A stretch of 57,638 bases of DNA, filler included, from Sphacelaria rigidula (GCA_964200075.2; 8 parts of 8 records of this genome joined end to end with filler, not necessarily neighbours in it), one strand, 5' to 3'. Positions 1 through 10,830 are shown, counted from the whole stretch's first letter. The notes: generated by a model not told the origin, from the letters alone. Numbers and translations: made by a program.

Positions 1-2
1 TT

Positions 3-248
3 GTCGGTTGTTATATTTATTATCGAACCCAGACGACAGGGTGGCAACTGGCACAGGTGATGGGTCTTTTGGAAGATGCAGCGTTGCAAAGGCGTCCGCA
101 CACTATAAGGATGCTGGATCTCGGGCGAAGGTACAACGTTCATCTATTGATGGAAAATTTGAATACTTCTCGAATTCGGGTGGGAGATTGGTGTTGGCAT
201 TATCATGTGCAGCGGGGGACTTCGAAAATTTTCGCGCATACGCTATAG
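3..248 (+). CDS. 3' end of a reading frame open from the contig start; putative Pol/integrase C-terminal beta-rich (SH3/Tudor-like) domain
   Basis: Frame 3 is open from base 3 (VGCYIYYRTQTTGWQLAQVMG...HTIRMLDLGRRYNVHL...GDWCWHYH...TL*) and is followed by AT-rich non-coding sequence. The domain identity is inferred. Confidence 0.4.
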   Translation, partial: VGCYIYYRTQTTGWQLAQVMGLLEDAALQRRPHTIRMLDLGRRYNVHLLMENLNTSRIRVGDWCWHYHVQRGTSKIFAHTL

Positions 249-506
249 CTGAAAGCACTGGAGGGGGACATCTACAACCATCAGATTTGAACACGGACAT
301 CCGAAGATTATAGATGATGGGAGTGGTTTGGCATCCGTACATAACAAAAAGATAGAGATGGAGCTGAGCGGGAGAACGATGGAATGCTATCTAATCTACT
401 GTTCTTCGTTGGAATGTTTCTCTGTTTTATTATGGATATTGTTTGGGACTTCATATTAATGAGACGTGAACCGCAATTGAAGTATGAGGCTGATGTTGGG
501 GAGTGA

Positions 507-1414
507 TGTATAAAATAATTGTAGAACCGAGTGATGTTATATGTGTGTATGTGTATATGTGTGTGTATGTGTATATATGTGAGTATGTGTGTGAGTATGT
601 GAGTGTGTAAGCGTTTTATTCATTCTGAACGCAAACTCGCACCCGTGTCTATTTTTCCGAGATCTTTTTTTTTTTTGGTTTGAGATTTGTTTGAATATAG
701 AAGCACAGGTTGGGAGAATTATTGGGGCTCACTCAATATGTAAGCACGTAGCTAAAGTTTGTTCACCGAAATCATCAATACAATGATGACGTTTAGGTTC
801 ACAGAATGGGCTGATGTGTTGAGCCGATCTCTTGGTGACTTTATTGCTTTATATCAGATGAACAGAAATCAACAGAAAGATTATGTGTGTACAAGAATTG
901 AACTGTTTGAAGCTAGAAAAGACCGTTGTTCGTAACATGAGCATAAACTTATGGATTTTTGGGTACTTTGAGGCATGAGTTCAGGGTCAAACAGGGTAGA
1001 GGTATACTTGTGTCCACTGCAGGTGGAATAGTCCAGAAGAATGTGTGTCCAGAATCGGCAGGTCAGAGAGTTTGTACTTGATTGTAGGCAGATATCAGAA
1101 AAATAGAGGAATCTTGGTATCTAGCGGGGTTTTGGATCAGTATATAGCGAGGTTTTCAGGCTTTTCGGGTGAGGTACGTTGGCGGGATGAAGAGGTCGAC
1201 TGGGGAGAGTGAACTAGGTTTTAGGTTCACCCCCCCACCAAGACACTTCCTACCTCCCTCTTTCTCACTCCACTCAGTTTTACTGTTTTTAGAGTGGAGC
1301 ACTGTTTGTACAAGTGCAAGGTTGGATTCTGTTGGGTTGAGTTATAGAAACCGATAATAAAAACAACATTTTTAAGTCTTTGGAGCATCAATCATCTCTG
1401 TTCGACACGTCACA
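507..1414 (+). repeat. Candidate LTR (boundaries uncertain)
   Basis: PPT-like GGGGAGTGA directly before TGT at 507; AATAAA near 1356; possible ...ACA ends at 1368 or 1414; TGG at 1381 or 1431 as possible PBS; hairpins at 1209-1230 and 1268-1299; TG-rich microsatellite ~538-608. No second LTR is present to confirm it. Confidence 0.3.
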
Positions 1415-1563
1415 TCTTCTACTAGTCTGCTGGTGTCTCGGTCACGTCTTCACAGTCACCCACAAAAGCGACTGAACCTATCAAGAAAAAGGAGCTCAAG
1501 CTTATCTCCTGACAGTGGCGGTCGACGGTAGTTCGCGGGGTGAAGGCCAACAGCTACACGAAC

Positions 1564-3756
1564 ATGTCTGGTAAGCGGGGTCGTTCTTGCAGTAAGATTA
1601 GGCCAGTGAGCAGGCGTACTCGGTCCCACAGTAGAGTAGAGGACAATGCAACCATACAGGAAAACGACGGTAATGAAGACAGTGATTTTTGTATGTCTGA
1701 ACCGTTCAGTCCTGGTGATGCGTTGGAAAGTAGGAAGTCAGTTGAAAGTGCGCGAGACCTAGGGTCGGGGCTTTTGGCGAATACAGTGACTAGCACAGAC
1801 GGGGAAGGGGATAACAGAAATGAAAGCTCGTTAACAATCCACCCCCGGGTGTTGAAAAACATCGACTGTACAGATAGTGAAACGGAGATGAAAAACACTT
1901 CTTCTGTTGCAGCGTGTGTAGGCTCGGTAGCTAGCACTGACAGGGAGGGTAGCTCTACCGACAATCTTGACTCGGCGCTCCGAAACCCTGAAGTAGGCGA
2001 CATGGATTGTGTAATAAGCTCACTCGGAAATAATTCGAGGCTTGAAACAACCCATGTTGACAACAAAAGTGTGAGGGAGAAGACTGGTAGAGAGTCAACT
2101 CCCCTCGCTACTGTACAAATTGGTAGTGAGGTGTCCGCTACCTCAGACCATGTCGATGTTGATGTTGATGTTGATTCAAATCCACGATTGCCGATTGATG
2201 TGACTGCAATGCCATTAGATAGCCGCATGCTCTCCACGTCGAGGATAAAACAGGGTGGTCGGAAGGTAACTCCTTCAGGGGTCGTTCAACAAATTTTGAT
2301 GCTCAATAAAACGGAATCGCAATTACGTTCAATCTTATCTGATATTGAGTGTAGTAACGATAACACGGACAACACTGAACATGTGAAGGAAGAACCGCGA
2401 CAAATTTTCGGAACGCAGGGGGTAAATGCTGTTTCAGCAGGTGTAGAGCCTAGAGCACATGTAACTAGTTCTCGGGTGGAAGATCCAACCATTGTGTCCA
2501 GGACACCACGTGAAATGATACCTCACCAGGTATTAACGTTACGTGCCACTTCTGTTGTCGGTACTACCTCGTCCCCCGCAGACAACGAAGCCCACTCGGT
2601 TGCTGCAGAGACTTCTTCTGAACAAGTAGTCCAGAAGGAATCGCCGGCCACGGACATACCGATATCTCGGACTGTGGAGGTGAACAACCCTGAAACAGTA
2701 GAGTCCCCTAGTCACGACAGAATTGATACCGATCAGTCCAAGGCTGTGATGGAGGGTGTAGTGACGAACCTCCGTCAGATGTTGGACTCCTTATCGCATG
2801 AAGATCGTTGTCGAGTGACTGGTATTGATCCAAAAGACGATAGTCAACAATGTACGACTGTAGCAGCAGCGGGTGGTGCATATACCCCCATTCCGGTAGT
2901 TCCGAAAAGATCTAGAACCGCCGATATAGAGACAGATGCGGGCAAATCACTACCCACGTCGAAAACGGAAATTGGACGATTGGGTGAAGAAATAATGACA
3001 CCTCAAGTACAGTTGGTCTCCACTCGGGAAACCACCTCTTCTACCAGTTCGGATACCGAGGGGGATGAAGCTCTTGCTTTACTGCTGAATCAATCCGAGA
3101 TTCGCGCGGCGGTACGTAGAAAGAAACGGTCGGAGGCGCTGTTAAAAAAGGATGAAGCCATTGCCAGGAAACTGTCTACACTTTCGATCAGCGAACCATC
3201 AGTTAGTGAAAAGGGAGAAGTTCCGGAAATCGCATGGAACTTGGTAGGACCACGAGGGCGGTCATATGCCCAAGTAACTAGTACAAGCACGGCTCAGTTA
3301 AACAACATCGCTGATGACTGCAGTCCTCCTTGCGATGCAAAAATACCACAGAACGCCAGAGCTAAGCTGGATAAAGGAGCAAAGGCCTTTAAAAACACAA
3401 AGGCGGGTTTGGACAGAATCCTTGACAAAAAGGCACTGGTGGGTACTAAGTTGGAAGAAGCGAGAGCAACTCTCGAAAATTTGGAAGAGGAGCACATCGA
3501 ACTAGATACCTCCGCAAAGAAGGAGGAGGCGGTGGTTAACCGAGCGCGCAAGCGTAGAGAGGCCACTACCTCGAGGCATGTAGACAATGCCAACATCCTG
3601 CCTCAGCGACTTGATCCTCCCAGTTTGGAGCGTCATCAGCAGCAGGCCCTCAAAGCTGGTAGAGAGGGGAGGGCATCTGAGCTCGAAGGTAATCGTCAAC
3701 CGATGATTGAGATGGCACGGTACAGCCGCATCAAAATCCTAACCCTGCCCTCATAG
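1564..3756 (+). CDS. Retrotransposon ORF1 or extended Gag N-terminus (low-complexity, S/T/D/E-rich, coiled-coil-like C-terminal part)
   Basis: About 730 uninterrupted codons from the ATG at 1564 (A at -3); overlaps the gag frame by 46 nt. Confidence 0.7.
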   Translation: MSGKRGRSCSKIRPVSRRTRSHSRVEDNATIQENDGNEDSDFCMSEPFSPGDALESRKSVESARDLGSGLLANTVTSTDGEGDNRNESSLTIHPRVLKNIDCTDSETEMKNTSSVAACVGSVASTDREGSSTDNLDSALRNPEVGDMDCVISSLGNNSRLETTHVDNKSVREKTGRESTPLATVQIGSEVSATSDHVDVDVDVDSNPRLPIDVTAMPLDSRMLSTSRIKQGGRKVTPSGVVQQILMLNKTESQLRSILSDIECSNDNTDNTEHVKEEPRQIFGTQGVNAVSAGVEPRAHVTSSRVEDPTIVSRTPREMIPHQVLTLRATSVVGTTSSPADNEAHSVAAETSSEQVVQKESPATDIPISRTVEVNNPETVESPSHDRIDTDQSKAVMEGVVTNLRQMLDSLSHEDRCRVTGIDPKDDSQQCTTVAAAGGAYTPIPVVPKRSRTADIETDAGKSLPTSKTEIGRLGEEIMTPQVQLVSTRETTSSTSSDTEGDEALALLLNQSEIRAAVRRKKRSEALLKKDEAIARKLSTLSISEPSVSEKGEVPEIAWNLVGPRGRSYAQVTSTSTAQLNNIADDCSPPCDAKIPQNARAKLDKGAKAFKNTKAGLDRILDKKALVGTKLEEARATLENLEEEHIELDTSAKKEEAVVNRARKRREATTSRHVDNANILPQRLDPPSLERHQQQALKAGREGRASELEGNRQPMIEMARYSRIKILTLPS

Positions 3757-5348
3757 ATGTAGGTGGCGTTCAAATCACAATTGAGGGCTTCAGATTCCTG
3801 CAGAAGACCTGTCCTCCAGGGGTTACTCTGGTGGAATGGCACCACGTACACGTGTTCCGGCGGGATGTCGAAAAACTTCATTTTAGAACTCCTCTGCACT
3901 CACCTTCGGAGCCCAGGGAGGTTATTGGTAGCTGGGATGGAGGCAGTATTGGATCTAAATCGGAAGGATCGCAAGAGACAAGCAGGGATAGGCTGCCGAA
4001 TTACTATGCTGGAGTCCAGGGATCTAGAAAGAAAAGGTATGCTTCATCTACGATAGAGCAAAAGAACCTAGGTAGTACTAGAGATAGAAGTGTGGTACCG
4101 GACTCGAACGTAGCTAGAGTGGTATCGTCTGGTCAGGCTGCTCCTCAAACTGTTTCCCCGCCCCTGGTTCCGGTGACAGTAGCAACTCAACGTAATACCT
4201 CATCCGTTACAGAAAAAACTGCTGCAGAGATAGCACGGGAATATGCCAAGATGGACACATCTGTCCCGATTGAATTACCCAAACTACCTTTGAGTGTAGA
4301 TCATGACGTGGAAGACTTGGTTGCGTTTGGTGCAGCTCTCCGTGATTCCATACAAGATATGCGCATAATTGTGGGAGATTCTGAACCCCTGTATTGGAAA
4401 AGAGGGTGGGAAAAGTGTCTACAGAAGCATCTTCTCAGGGCAATCCGTGGCAAATCTTCCCATCATTCTCAAACCATTTCCACATTGAGATCGCAAATAT
4501 CTGAAGTTACAACCGAGGCAATCAGAATGCAAGAAGCGGGGTCAACTGGGCCTGAAGCCTTCGACCATGTGTTGCGTATACTAAGTAGGGCTCTCAGTAA
4601 GGTCACGCCCGCAGGAGTAATGGGACTGTTAGTCAACTTCACGGTTGAAACTGGCACCACTTTTGCTACATACTTGGCAGAGTTGAGGATGTTGGTCGCA
4701 AATGTTCAAAGTGTTGGTCGCGAGCTGGCACCTGGAAATGGCTCAATACAATCCGCCATCAAAAATGGTATCGACGATCAGTTCCCCAACATAAGTGCCC
4801 AAGCTTTTGCTGGTAGACATCATCAACCTCTCCCCTTTCATGATGTTGATCAAATGATGAACGCTCTTCGGGATTTTGACACAAACACATCAAAAGCTGT
4901 AGCTCCTTCGCGTTTCGGTACTGGCAGTGCGGGTGGTGTAATTACCAGGTCTCGACACTACGCTAAGGCTTTACACAGTCGCAAGTTTGGCGGGGTGATG
5001 GCAATCTCGGAGTTATACGAGGAAGAGGATGTTGAAATGCAACATGTCCATTCTATAGGGGCGAGACAAAACCAGCGTTTTGGGAAAAAGGGTCGTGATC
5101 CTCCTTTCTATGAACCTTTTTCCTCGCGGGAAGAAAAAGATGCGGCTCGCAAAGCATTCGGACCGTTCTGTTTAAATTGCGGTAGTTCAGACCACATACT
5201 GGCTCGAGATTGTCCCCATGAATATATGAATAAATCGGGTATAATACATCGTGAGATGGGGGAAGGATCTCTGAAAGACATTTCTGAAAAGTGGAGGAGA
5301 TGGCAACGTAGATTATGCGATTATCATCGTAATAGAAACAACAATTGA
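3711..5348 (+). CDS. gag: Gag (capsid-like helical region plus CCHC zinc knuckle)
   Basis: Frame open 3711-5348 (ORF track starts at GTG 3831; first ATG is 4251); CLNCGSSDHILARDC near the C-terminus. Confidence 0.8.
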   Translation, partial: DGTVQPHQNPNPALIDVGGVQITIEGFRFLQKTCPPGVTLVEWHHVHVFRRDVEKLHFRTPLHSPSEPREVIGSWDGGSIGSKSEGSQETSRDRLPNYYAGVQGSRKKRYASSTIEQKNLGSTRDRSVVPDSNVARVVSSGQAAPQTVSPPLVPVTVATQRNTSSVTEKTAAEIAREYAKMDTSVPIELPKLPLSVDHDVEDLVAFGAALRDSIQDMRIIVGDSEPLYWKRGWEKCLQKHLLRAIRGKSSHHSQTISTLRSQISEVTTEAIRMQEAGSTGPEAFDHVLRILSRALSKVTPAGVMGLLVNFTVETGTTFATYLAELRMLVANVQSVGRELAPGNGSIQSAIKNGIDDQFPNISAQAFAGRHHQPLPFHDVDQMMNALRDFDTNTSKAVAPSRFGTGSAGGVITRSRHYAKALHSRKFGGVMAISELYEEEDVEMQHVHSIGARQNQRFGKKGRDPPFYEPFSSREEKDAARKAFGPFCLNCGSSDHILARDCPHEYMNKSGIIHREMGEGSLKDISEKWRRWQRRLCDYHRNRNNN

Positions 5349-5397
5349 AAATGCAACGGTGAAGATCGGGCACCTTCATCGATAGCAATTCAGCCCG
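5346..5397 (+). promoter_or_regulatory. Candidate stop-codon readthrough signal: UGA + 8-nt spacer + H-type pseudoknot
   Basis: UGA 5346-5348; spacer AAAUGCAA; stem 1 CGGUGAAG (5357-5364) with CUUCAUCG (5374-5381); stem 2 CGGGC (5367-5371) with GCCCG (5393-5397). Pairings were assigned by eye. Confidence 0.6.
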
Positions 5398-7118
5398 CTA
5401 TAGGTAATGTGAATACTTGTGGCGTTACTGTGCTTAGTCCACACAGTACAGTTGGCTCAACCTGGCACGGGCGGAACACCAACTGTAGGGGTGGGAGAAA
5501 TCCACTTCAAAAGGGTAAAAAGGGTGTATCCGATGGAACGATAAAATTTAAAGCAGGAACTGATCATTCCCGTGGAGGTATTTTGAAAGTTGGAAAGGAT
5601 CCACACTTTTGTATAGATAGCGGTGTCAACCAGTCTGCAGGCACTTTATTGCAGACAGGTGCTAGTGTGGCCCTGGAGTTGAAATCTGGCACGACACTCA
5701 AATCTAACCGTCGGAATAGTGCTGCGGTTAGGGGTCATTCCCCTAGTTGTGCACCAATCTTAAGCGATAGTTTATGTGAAAATAAACAATCGAGTGCAAA
5801 AGCAAACCACCGAGTTGAATCATCAGTTGAACCTACGGCAGGTGCCAGGGTTATGGATGAACCCGATGTGATTGTACAGTCACATAGTACAGAGCGCCCA
5901 ATAGAAACAGTAAGCATCCAGGGTGAGGCAAGAGGACCGCCAGTTCGAGATACGAAACAAAGTACTTCTCGATACCCATCTGGACCGGGGAAAACATGCA
6001 AGGATCTCTCTGTCGAAGATTCCACCATGCACGAAACAAACGCCAGCATTGGTCGGAACAGTAAGAATAGAAATCTGAACGAACAGACTAAAATCGCCCT
6101 TGCTAGAACTAAAGTTCTATTGGTGCACAATAAAAATGCATGCATCAGTCGAATGAATAGCAATGTTCCGGTGGGATACAAGGAGGGTTATTCCACTGAC
6201 ATGTCTACTGAGAAAAACAAAGGTAATCGTCTTGGTCAGAAACATGATAAAACTATGGTGGGTAGCAATGGCAGTCTTTCAACAGATGATTCCGATGTGC
6301 ACGGTTTATCAGCATGTACCTCTCGGGACAACAGTAGTAAAGGTCAGGGAGGGAAATTGAGAGTTGACCCTACTCTTGATCTGGCAACCGTACATGAGGT
6401 TGGATTAGCAGATGACGGTTACAATGTGCAGGATAGCATGACTATTGATTTCTCCAATAGTGCCGTGATAGCATCCCGAGACACTTCACGTCTTGTAGAC
6501 AGTGACGAGTCTCCATGTCACGTAGTGCCAACTATAGTAGTAAATAATGGTAACGAGCCTAATAGGAACTCAAGCAATACAATATATGCTCTGGATCCGA
6601 AAACAGGTAACCGTCTACCTGATTCAAAAGTACCTGTACGCATTCCGGCTACAATATCTAGTCCAATTTTGCGTGGTCGTGAGGGTAGATACTTGGAAGA
6701 AATTCATGCAGCTGTGGGAGGAGAAGTCAGTCTGAATCGAAAAGAAAATTCAGCCTTCGTTCAAATCTTTTCAGGCCCGAAAGCAACGCGAGCCATGGAG
6801 GTTAAAGCTCTGATGGACACGGGAAGCCCTGCAACGTTTATCCAGTATCCGGTGTGGAAGAAAATGGTGGATATAGGCGCCGCCACCATAGAAGGTGCCC
6901 GCGAAATTGATCCAGTATCATGGGGAGGTTTTAATGGTGTTCCCTTGTGCACCTCGTCACAGGTCCGATTAAACCTTAGGTTATGGCCTCAAAAACCCAA
7001 TCCTAAAAGTTCAATCCAAAACGGGAGGGCATGTTTAGCAGTTTATGCTCATGTGGTACCGGAAGGCACAATGAACTATGATATTCTGGTGGGGCGTGAT
7101 GGGTTAGAATTATTTCCG
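5349..7118 (+). CDS. pol: Pro-Pol N-terminal part: long low-complexity spacer followed by aspartic protease; truncated by contig end
   Basis: Same frame as gag, with no stop from 5349 to the contig end; DTG catalytic motif at 6816; ILVGRD near 7083. Confidence 0.8.
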
Positions 7119-7218
7119 NNNNNNNNNNNNNNNNNNNNNNNNNNNNNNNNNNNNNNNNNNNNTTAATTAATTAANNNNNNNNNNNNNNNNNNNNNNNNNN
7201 NNNNNNNNNNNNNNNNNN
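7119..7218. other. Artificial 100-nt contig linker
   Basis: N44-TTAATTAATTAA-N44 (stops in all six frames). Confidence 0.97.
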
Positions 7219-7345
7219 AGGGCGGACCAACCAAGGGAAGAAACCAGAGGCACCCCCCCCCCCCCCCCCCCCCACACACACACGAAATAATCCAGGATGC
7301 AAACAAGGGGCATAGGGTCTCGGATTTGTTTTTGGGGCACTATCG

Positions 7346-7944
7346 GATGACATTCAAATCCCATTCAAAGCGGTGAGCGATTCGGAAACCATTAATCTAT
7401 ATTATGCAGCAGCAGACTCTCCGTGAGGAGGGGACGATGCAAAGAGGCCAAGGCTGGCAACACGCGGAGATAAGAGCGCAAGATGATTGACGTCCGGACC
7501 CACAAGCACGCAAGCAGTTGAATTGCAAGCCATGGTGTACTTTGTGTTTTGTCGCGGATTACCGTTTGTGTGCTATTTTTTTTCCAGATTCCAGATGTCG
7601 TGCTATGAAACGACAAACCTGGCATATACCCGCAATATCACTTCAAGGTGTTGTGACCACGAGTACTGTACTGTTGTAATGTCTGTGTACCTGTACTGTT
7701 GTCAGGTGCAGACCCCAATCCTATTTCCATTTTTCTCGTAATCATGTAAGCATCTTTGTTAGAAACGACCCATACTAAAAATGGCAAAAAAATAGCCGGT
7801 AACGGCAAACCTCAAATAAACTGGATAAACTGGAGTCCTCATCACCAGTTCCAGTTAAACTCCAGTTCCAGTTAAATTCCAGTTCCAGTTAAATTCCAGT
7901 TCCAGTATAACTGCCAGTACAAACTGGTCCAGTTCACAGCCCTA
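7346..7944. mobile_element. Non-autonomous DNA transposon fragment with hAT-like terminus (C/T)AGGGCTGTGAA(C/T)TGGACCAG
   Basis: Homologous to 40997-41886 and, inverted, to 19973-~20115; subterminal TCCAGTTCCAGTTAAA repeats ~7845-7905. Confidence 0.65.
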
Positions 7945-8416
7945 ATTATTTGTGAATCGGCATCATTATCAGTAGCTTTTCAAGTGATACAGTGCCGATT
8001 CACAACGGGCCCTCCCCCGGGGTTAGTGGGGATCCGGTCCCAAAATTGTTGTGCTATTATTATACGAAACGGTCTCGACAAAACAGAAACATCAAGACGG
8101 GCGGGCAGAACCAACGGAGTAATCTGAAAACCGAGAACCACAACGAAAATACAGAAAACAAATGGCACGCTCTTACACTGTCTCTCTCTCTCTACACAGA
8201 CACACAGACACACAGACACACACACATACACACACACAAGATAAAAAAAAACTTCAGAGGAAGGAAGCAAGGTGAGGAAGAGAAATAATTTCTATATTTG
8301 ACCGTTTGTATCGTGAGAGGCCTCTTTTGTTGAGATTTTGCCTAATGTGTTGAATACTTTTCGAACATATTCTCGTGCTATCTGTTGTTGTCATCGTCAC
8401 CATTTTTCTCTGGCAG

Positions 8417-9811
8417 GACGGCGGCTGGGTTAGCAGGGGCAACCGAACTAGGCGGACTACTGCAAGATCCGGATATTTTGCTGGCCAGTCGACCTGTGCT
8501 CCCGTGGACTGCGAAGGACAGATTGGCTAAGATGGACGGCAACAGAGATAGGGTGAGTTGTTAGTTGCTGGGGCAAGGAAGTAATAAGAAAACAGCATGT
8601 TTTCGGAATATTTATATATATATACATGTATATATGCTTTCATGTGGTGTGTTACTGTTGTAAGGGGTTTTGTGAATGACGTCATATGCTCCATCACTCG
8701 CACGATCCAGGAAGTGATTCAATGGTTTGATATAATAGTAATCATTTTACTTTACGTGCTGATTTTGATGTTCGTTTTGTCTGTCTTGCTATTTGGGTAG
8801 TTATTTGGGTGGCTTGTCCATCCTGTTTCCGCCCATTTTTGCATGTCACGTTCTGTCCGCTGTTTCTACTGCTCTTAAACCGCTCCTTATGGCAAACAAA
8901 ACAAAAATAATATCCTATAAAACTGCCTTTTTGGTCATCCCGTGTCGTTTTGCGCCCTACAACAGGGCTTGGCGGATGTTGACGCCTTGGAATGCCTTGC
9001 TATACTCGTGGAGACGGTTCCGAAACACCGTTGCGTTTGCCGGTGGCCGCAGTTTCTTTTTCGGTCAAACTTGCATTTTTTGTCCGAGAGAGATTGAGAA
9101 CGATCAAGTCCACAAGAAGCCGCTTGGCTGAAAAATAGTGCTGCTTATGGATGGATAAATAAGAAAACTCCGTATGGACATGGGCATCCATTTTTATCCG
9201 CATGGATGTCGGCATCCATGTGGCAGCTTTTTCTCGACTCGGCCGTCTTGCACGAAAATGAAAATTTGGGCAATAAAGAAATTGCGGCCACCGGAAAACG
9301 CAAGGTGTCCTGGAACCGTTTCAACGAGTAGACCAAGATATTCCAAGGTGTCAACATCCGCCTAGCCCTCTTGTAGGGCGTAAGACGACGCATGAGGACC
9401 AAAAAGGCAATTTTACAGGATTCTTTGTTTGCCATAGGAAGCGGCCCGGCCCGTACTCAGTCGCCACGACAGCATATAAAGATGTTTTCATCGCACACCG
9501 GCAGCAGCTGCATGCCTGATATACGGTAGATGAAGACTTGCGTTTTGTGCAGCCTAAAATACGCAAGATTTGATCGATGTGAATCGTCTTTACTATTGTA
9601 CGGATGGATGCTCATATCCATGCGGGCGTAACAGTCGCCACAGTCCTTACCGCGTGAAGTTGCAATTCTGACGTGTTTTTTGCTTCAATATTGTTGGTTT
9701 TGACGTTACGTACTAACGGCTGTTTTCCTTCTGACGCCGTCAGTTGGAGTCGGAGGCTAAGGCGAAGGCGGAGGCGCGAAAACGCCTTATTCGGAGGCAC
9801 GGGGGGGATGG
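8417..9811 (+). CDS. Two internal exons of an unidentified host gene (8417-8552, 9744-9811)
   Basis: Both have pyrimidine-CAG acceptors and GTGAGT donors and join in phase: TAAGLAGATELGGLLQDPDILLASRPVLPWTAKDRLAKMDGNRDR|LESEAKAKAEARKRLIRRHGGDG. Confidence 0.6.
8880..9444. mobile_element. Long-TIR MITE/foldback element
   Basis: About 200-bp imperfect terminal inverted repeats (CCGCTCCTTATGGCAAAC...GTTTGCCATAGGAAGCGG); related copy at 35011-35444. Confidence 0.8.
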
Positions 9812-10049
9812 GTGAGTGTGACGTACGCGCAAGGAGTCGGTATATCTATCTGTACATCTGTATGTTTCTGTCTTTCTTCACCTTGTGTACTACATTGAAG
9901 TAGGCTCATGAAACTAGTCAGGAATGTTTTTGCTTCAAGATAGTTTCTTTTTGTAATGTTTTATGCTGTTGATTCTGGTGTACTAGATGAGTTATCGTGA
10001 TTCTCTCTGTATGATCAATGCTATCATCATTATCCTATGTATCCTATGT

Positions 10050-10830
10050 ATTAATAACATAAATGTCTCTCCGATCCATACATAGATCAGTACACTCGTG
10101 TCCGAATTTTCTATACTTTATCCATATGAAATATGATCCTTTTCGGAACAACATTTTGCACTTGCTCTGACTAGAGAGGCACTCCTCTGGATCACCCCGC
10201 ACAAGCAGGCCGAAATATGGCCCGTACCGAACGGTCAAGTTCATTGTGTACCCAAGGAATATGAGAACCCCTCATTCTGGAGTCCACCGATACGACTCAC
10301 TGCATACATTCACTATTGTGCCCAGGTTTCAATCACAACACACAGTTTTTGTTGTTAGCGTCACGAATCGCCGCCATCTACCGTGTAGACGGTGCTCTCT
10401 ATTTCACATTGCTCGCGGCACCCCGCGCTGCACACGTCCGTCATATATTACAGACAGTGAAGTACAGCAGGGACTACAAATTGTTTATACTGGTCACTGA
10501 AATCCAATAGAGCTGTAACTTTTCCTGTCGCATGCCATGTTGCTCAAGAGCCGTCACAACAAACGGAGGACTGCATGGGAGAAGCGGAGAATGACACGTA
10601 CATACTGCTGTCTGTTTCGAATCGTTTCACGTACGAGAAATTAGATTGCACCCAGTACACACAACCTGCCATGGATAAGCGGACAAATAGATGTACACGG
10701 TGCTGCACACGGCGCTGTCCCTTTCACATTGCTCGCGGTACCCTGCGCTGTACACCTACGGCTATGGACCGTCGGTTATATAATACAGCGCAGTACAGCA
10801 GTGAATACATGTTGTTCTTTGCAAGCGCTG
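10050..10830 (+). mobile_element. DNA transposon end with subterminal repeats (CCCGT-starting, CACTA/CMC-like)
   Basis: 10057-10160 matches the reverse complement of ~45300-45400; internal repeats at ~10390 and ~10710 share GCTATGGACCGTCG/CAGTGAATAC motifs with 45170-45250. The superfamily is inferred. Confidence 0.5.

Larger units (their letters stand above)
1..7118 (+). mobile_element. Ty3/gypsy-like LTR retrotransposon, partial (order on contig: putative pol C-terminus, putative LTR, ORF1/gag, pro-pol truncated at contig end)
   Basis: Long intronless ORFs; Gag-type CX2CX4HX5C knuckle (5169-5213); retropepsin motifs ALMDTGSPATFI and YDILVGRD. RT, RNase H and the integrase core are not on the contig, so the superfamily is inferred from protease style. 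Confidence 0.8.

Noticed and set aside
2-1407. LTR defined by TGTCG...CGACA inverted ends
   Set aside because: The 5' end coincides with the contig start and overlaps an apparently coding frame; a 5-bp match is weak.
1554-2237. Antisense 227-aa ORF (also 5735-6181)
   Set aside because: Shadow frames of low-complexity sense ORFs, with no recognisable domain.
3711-3756. Canonical programmed -1 frameshift
   Set aside because: No X XXY YYZ slippery heptamer in the correct frame within the overlap.
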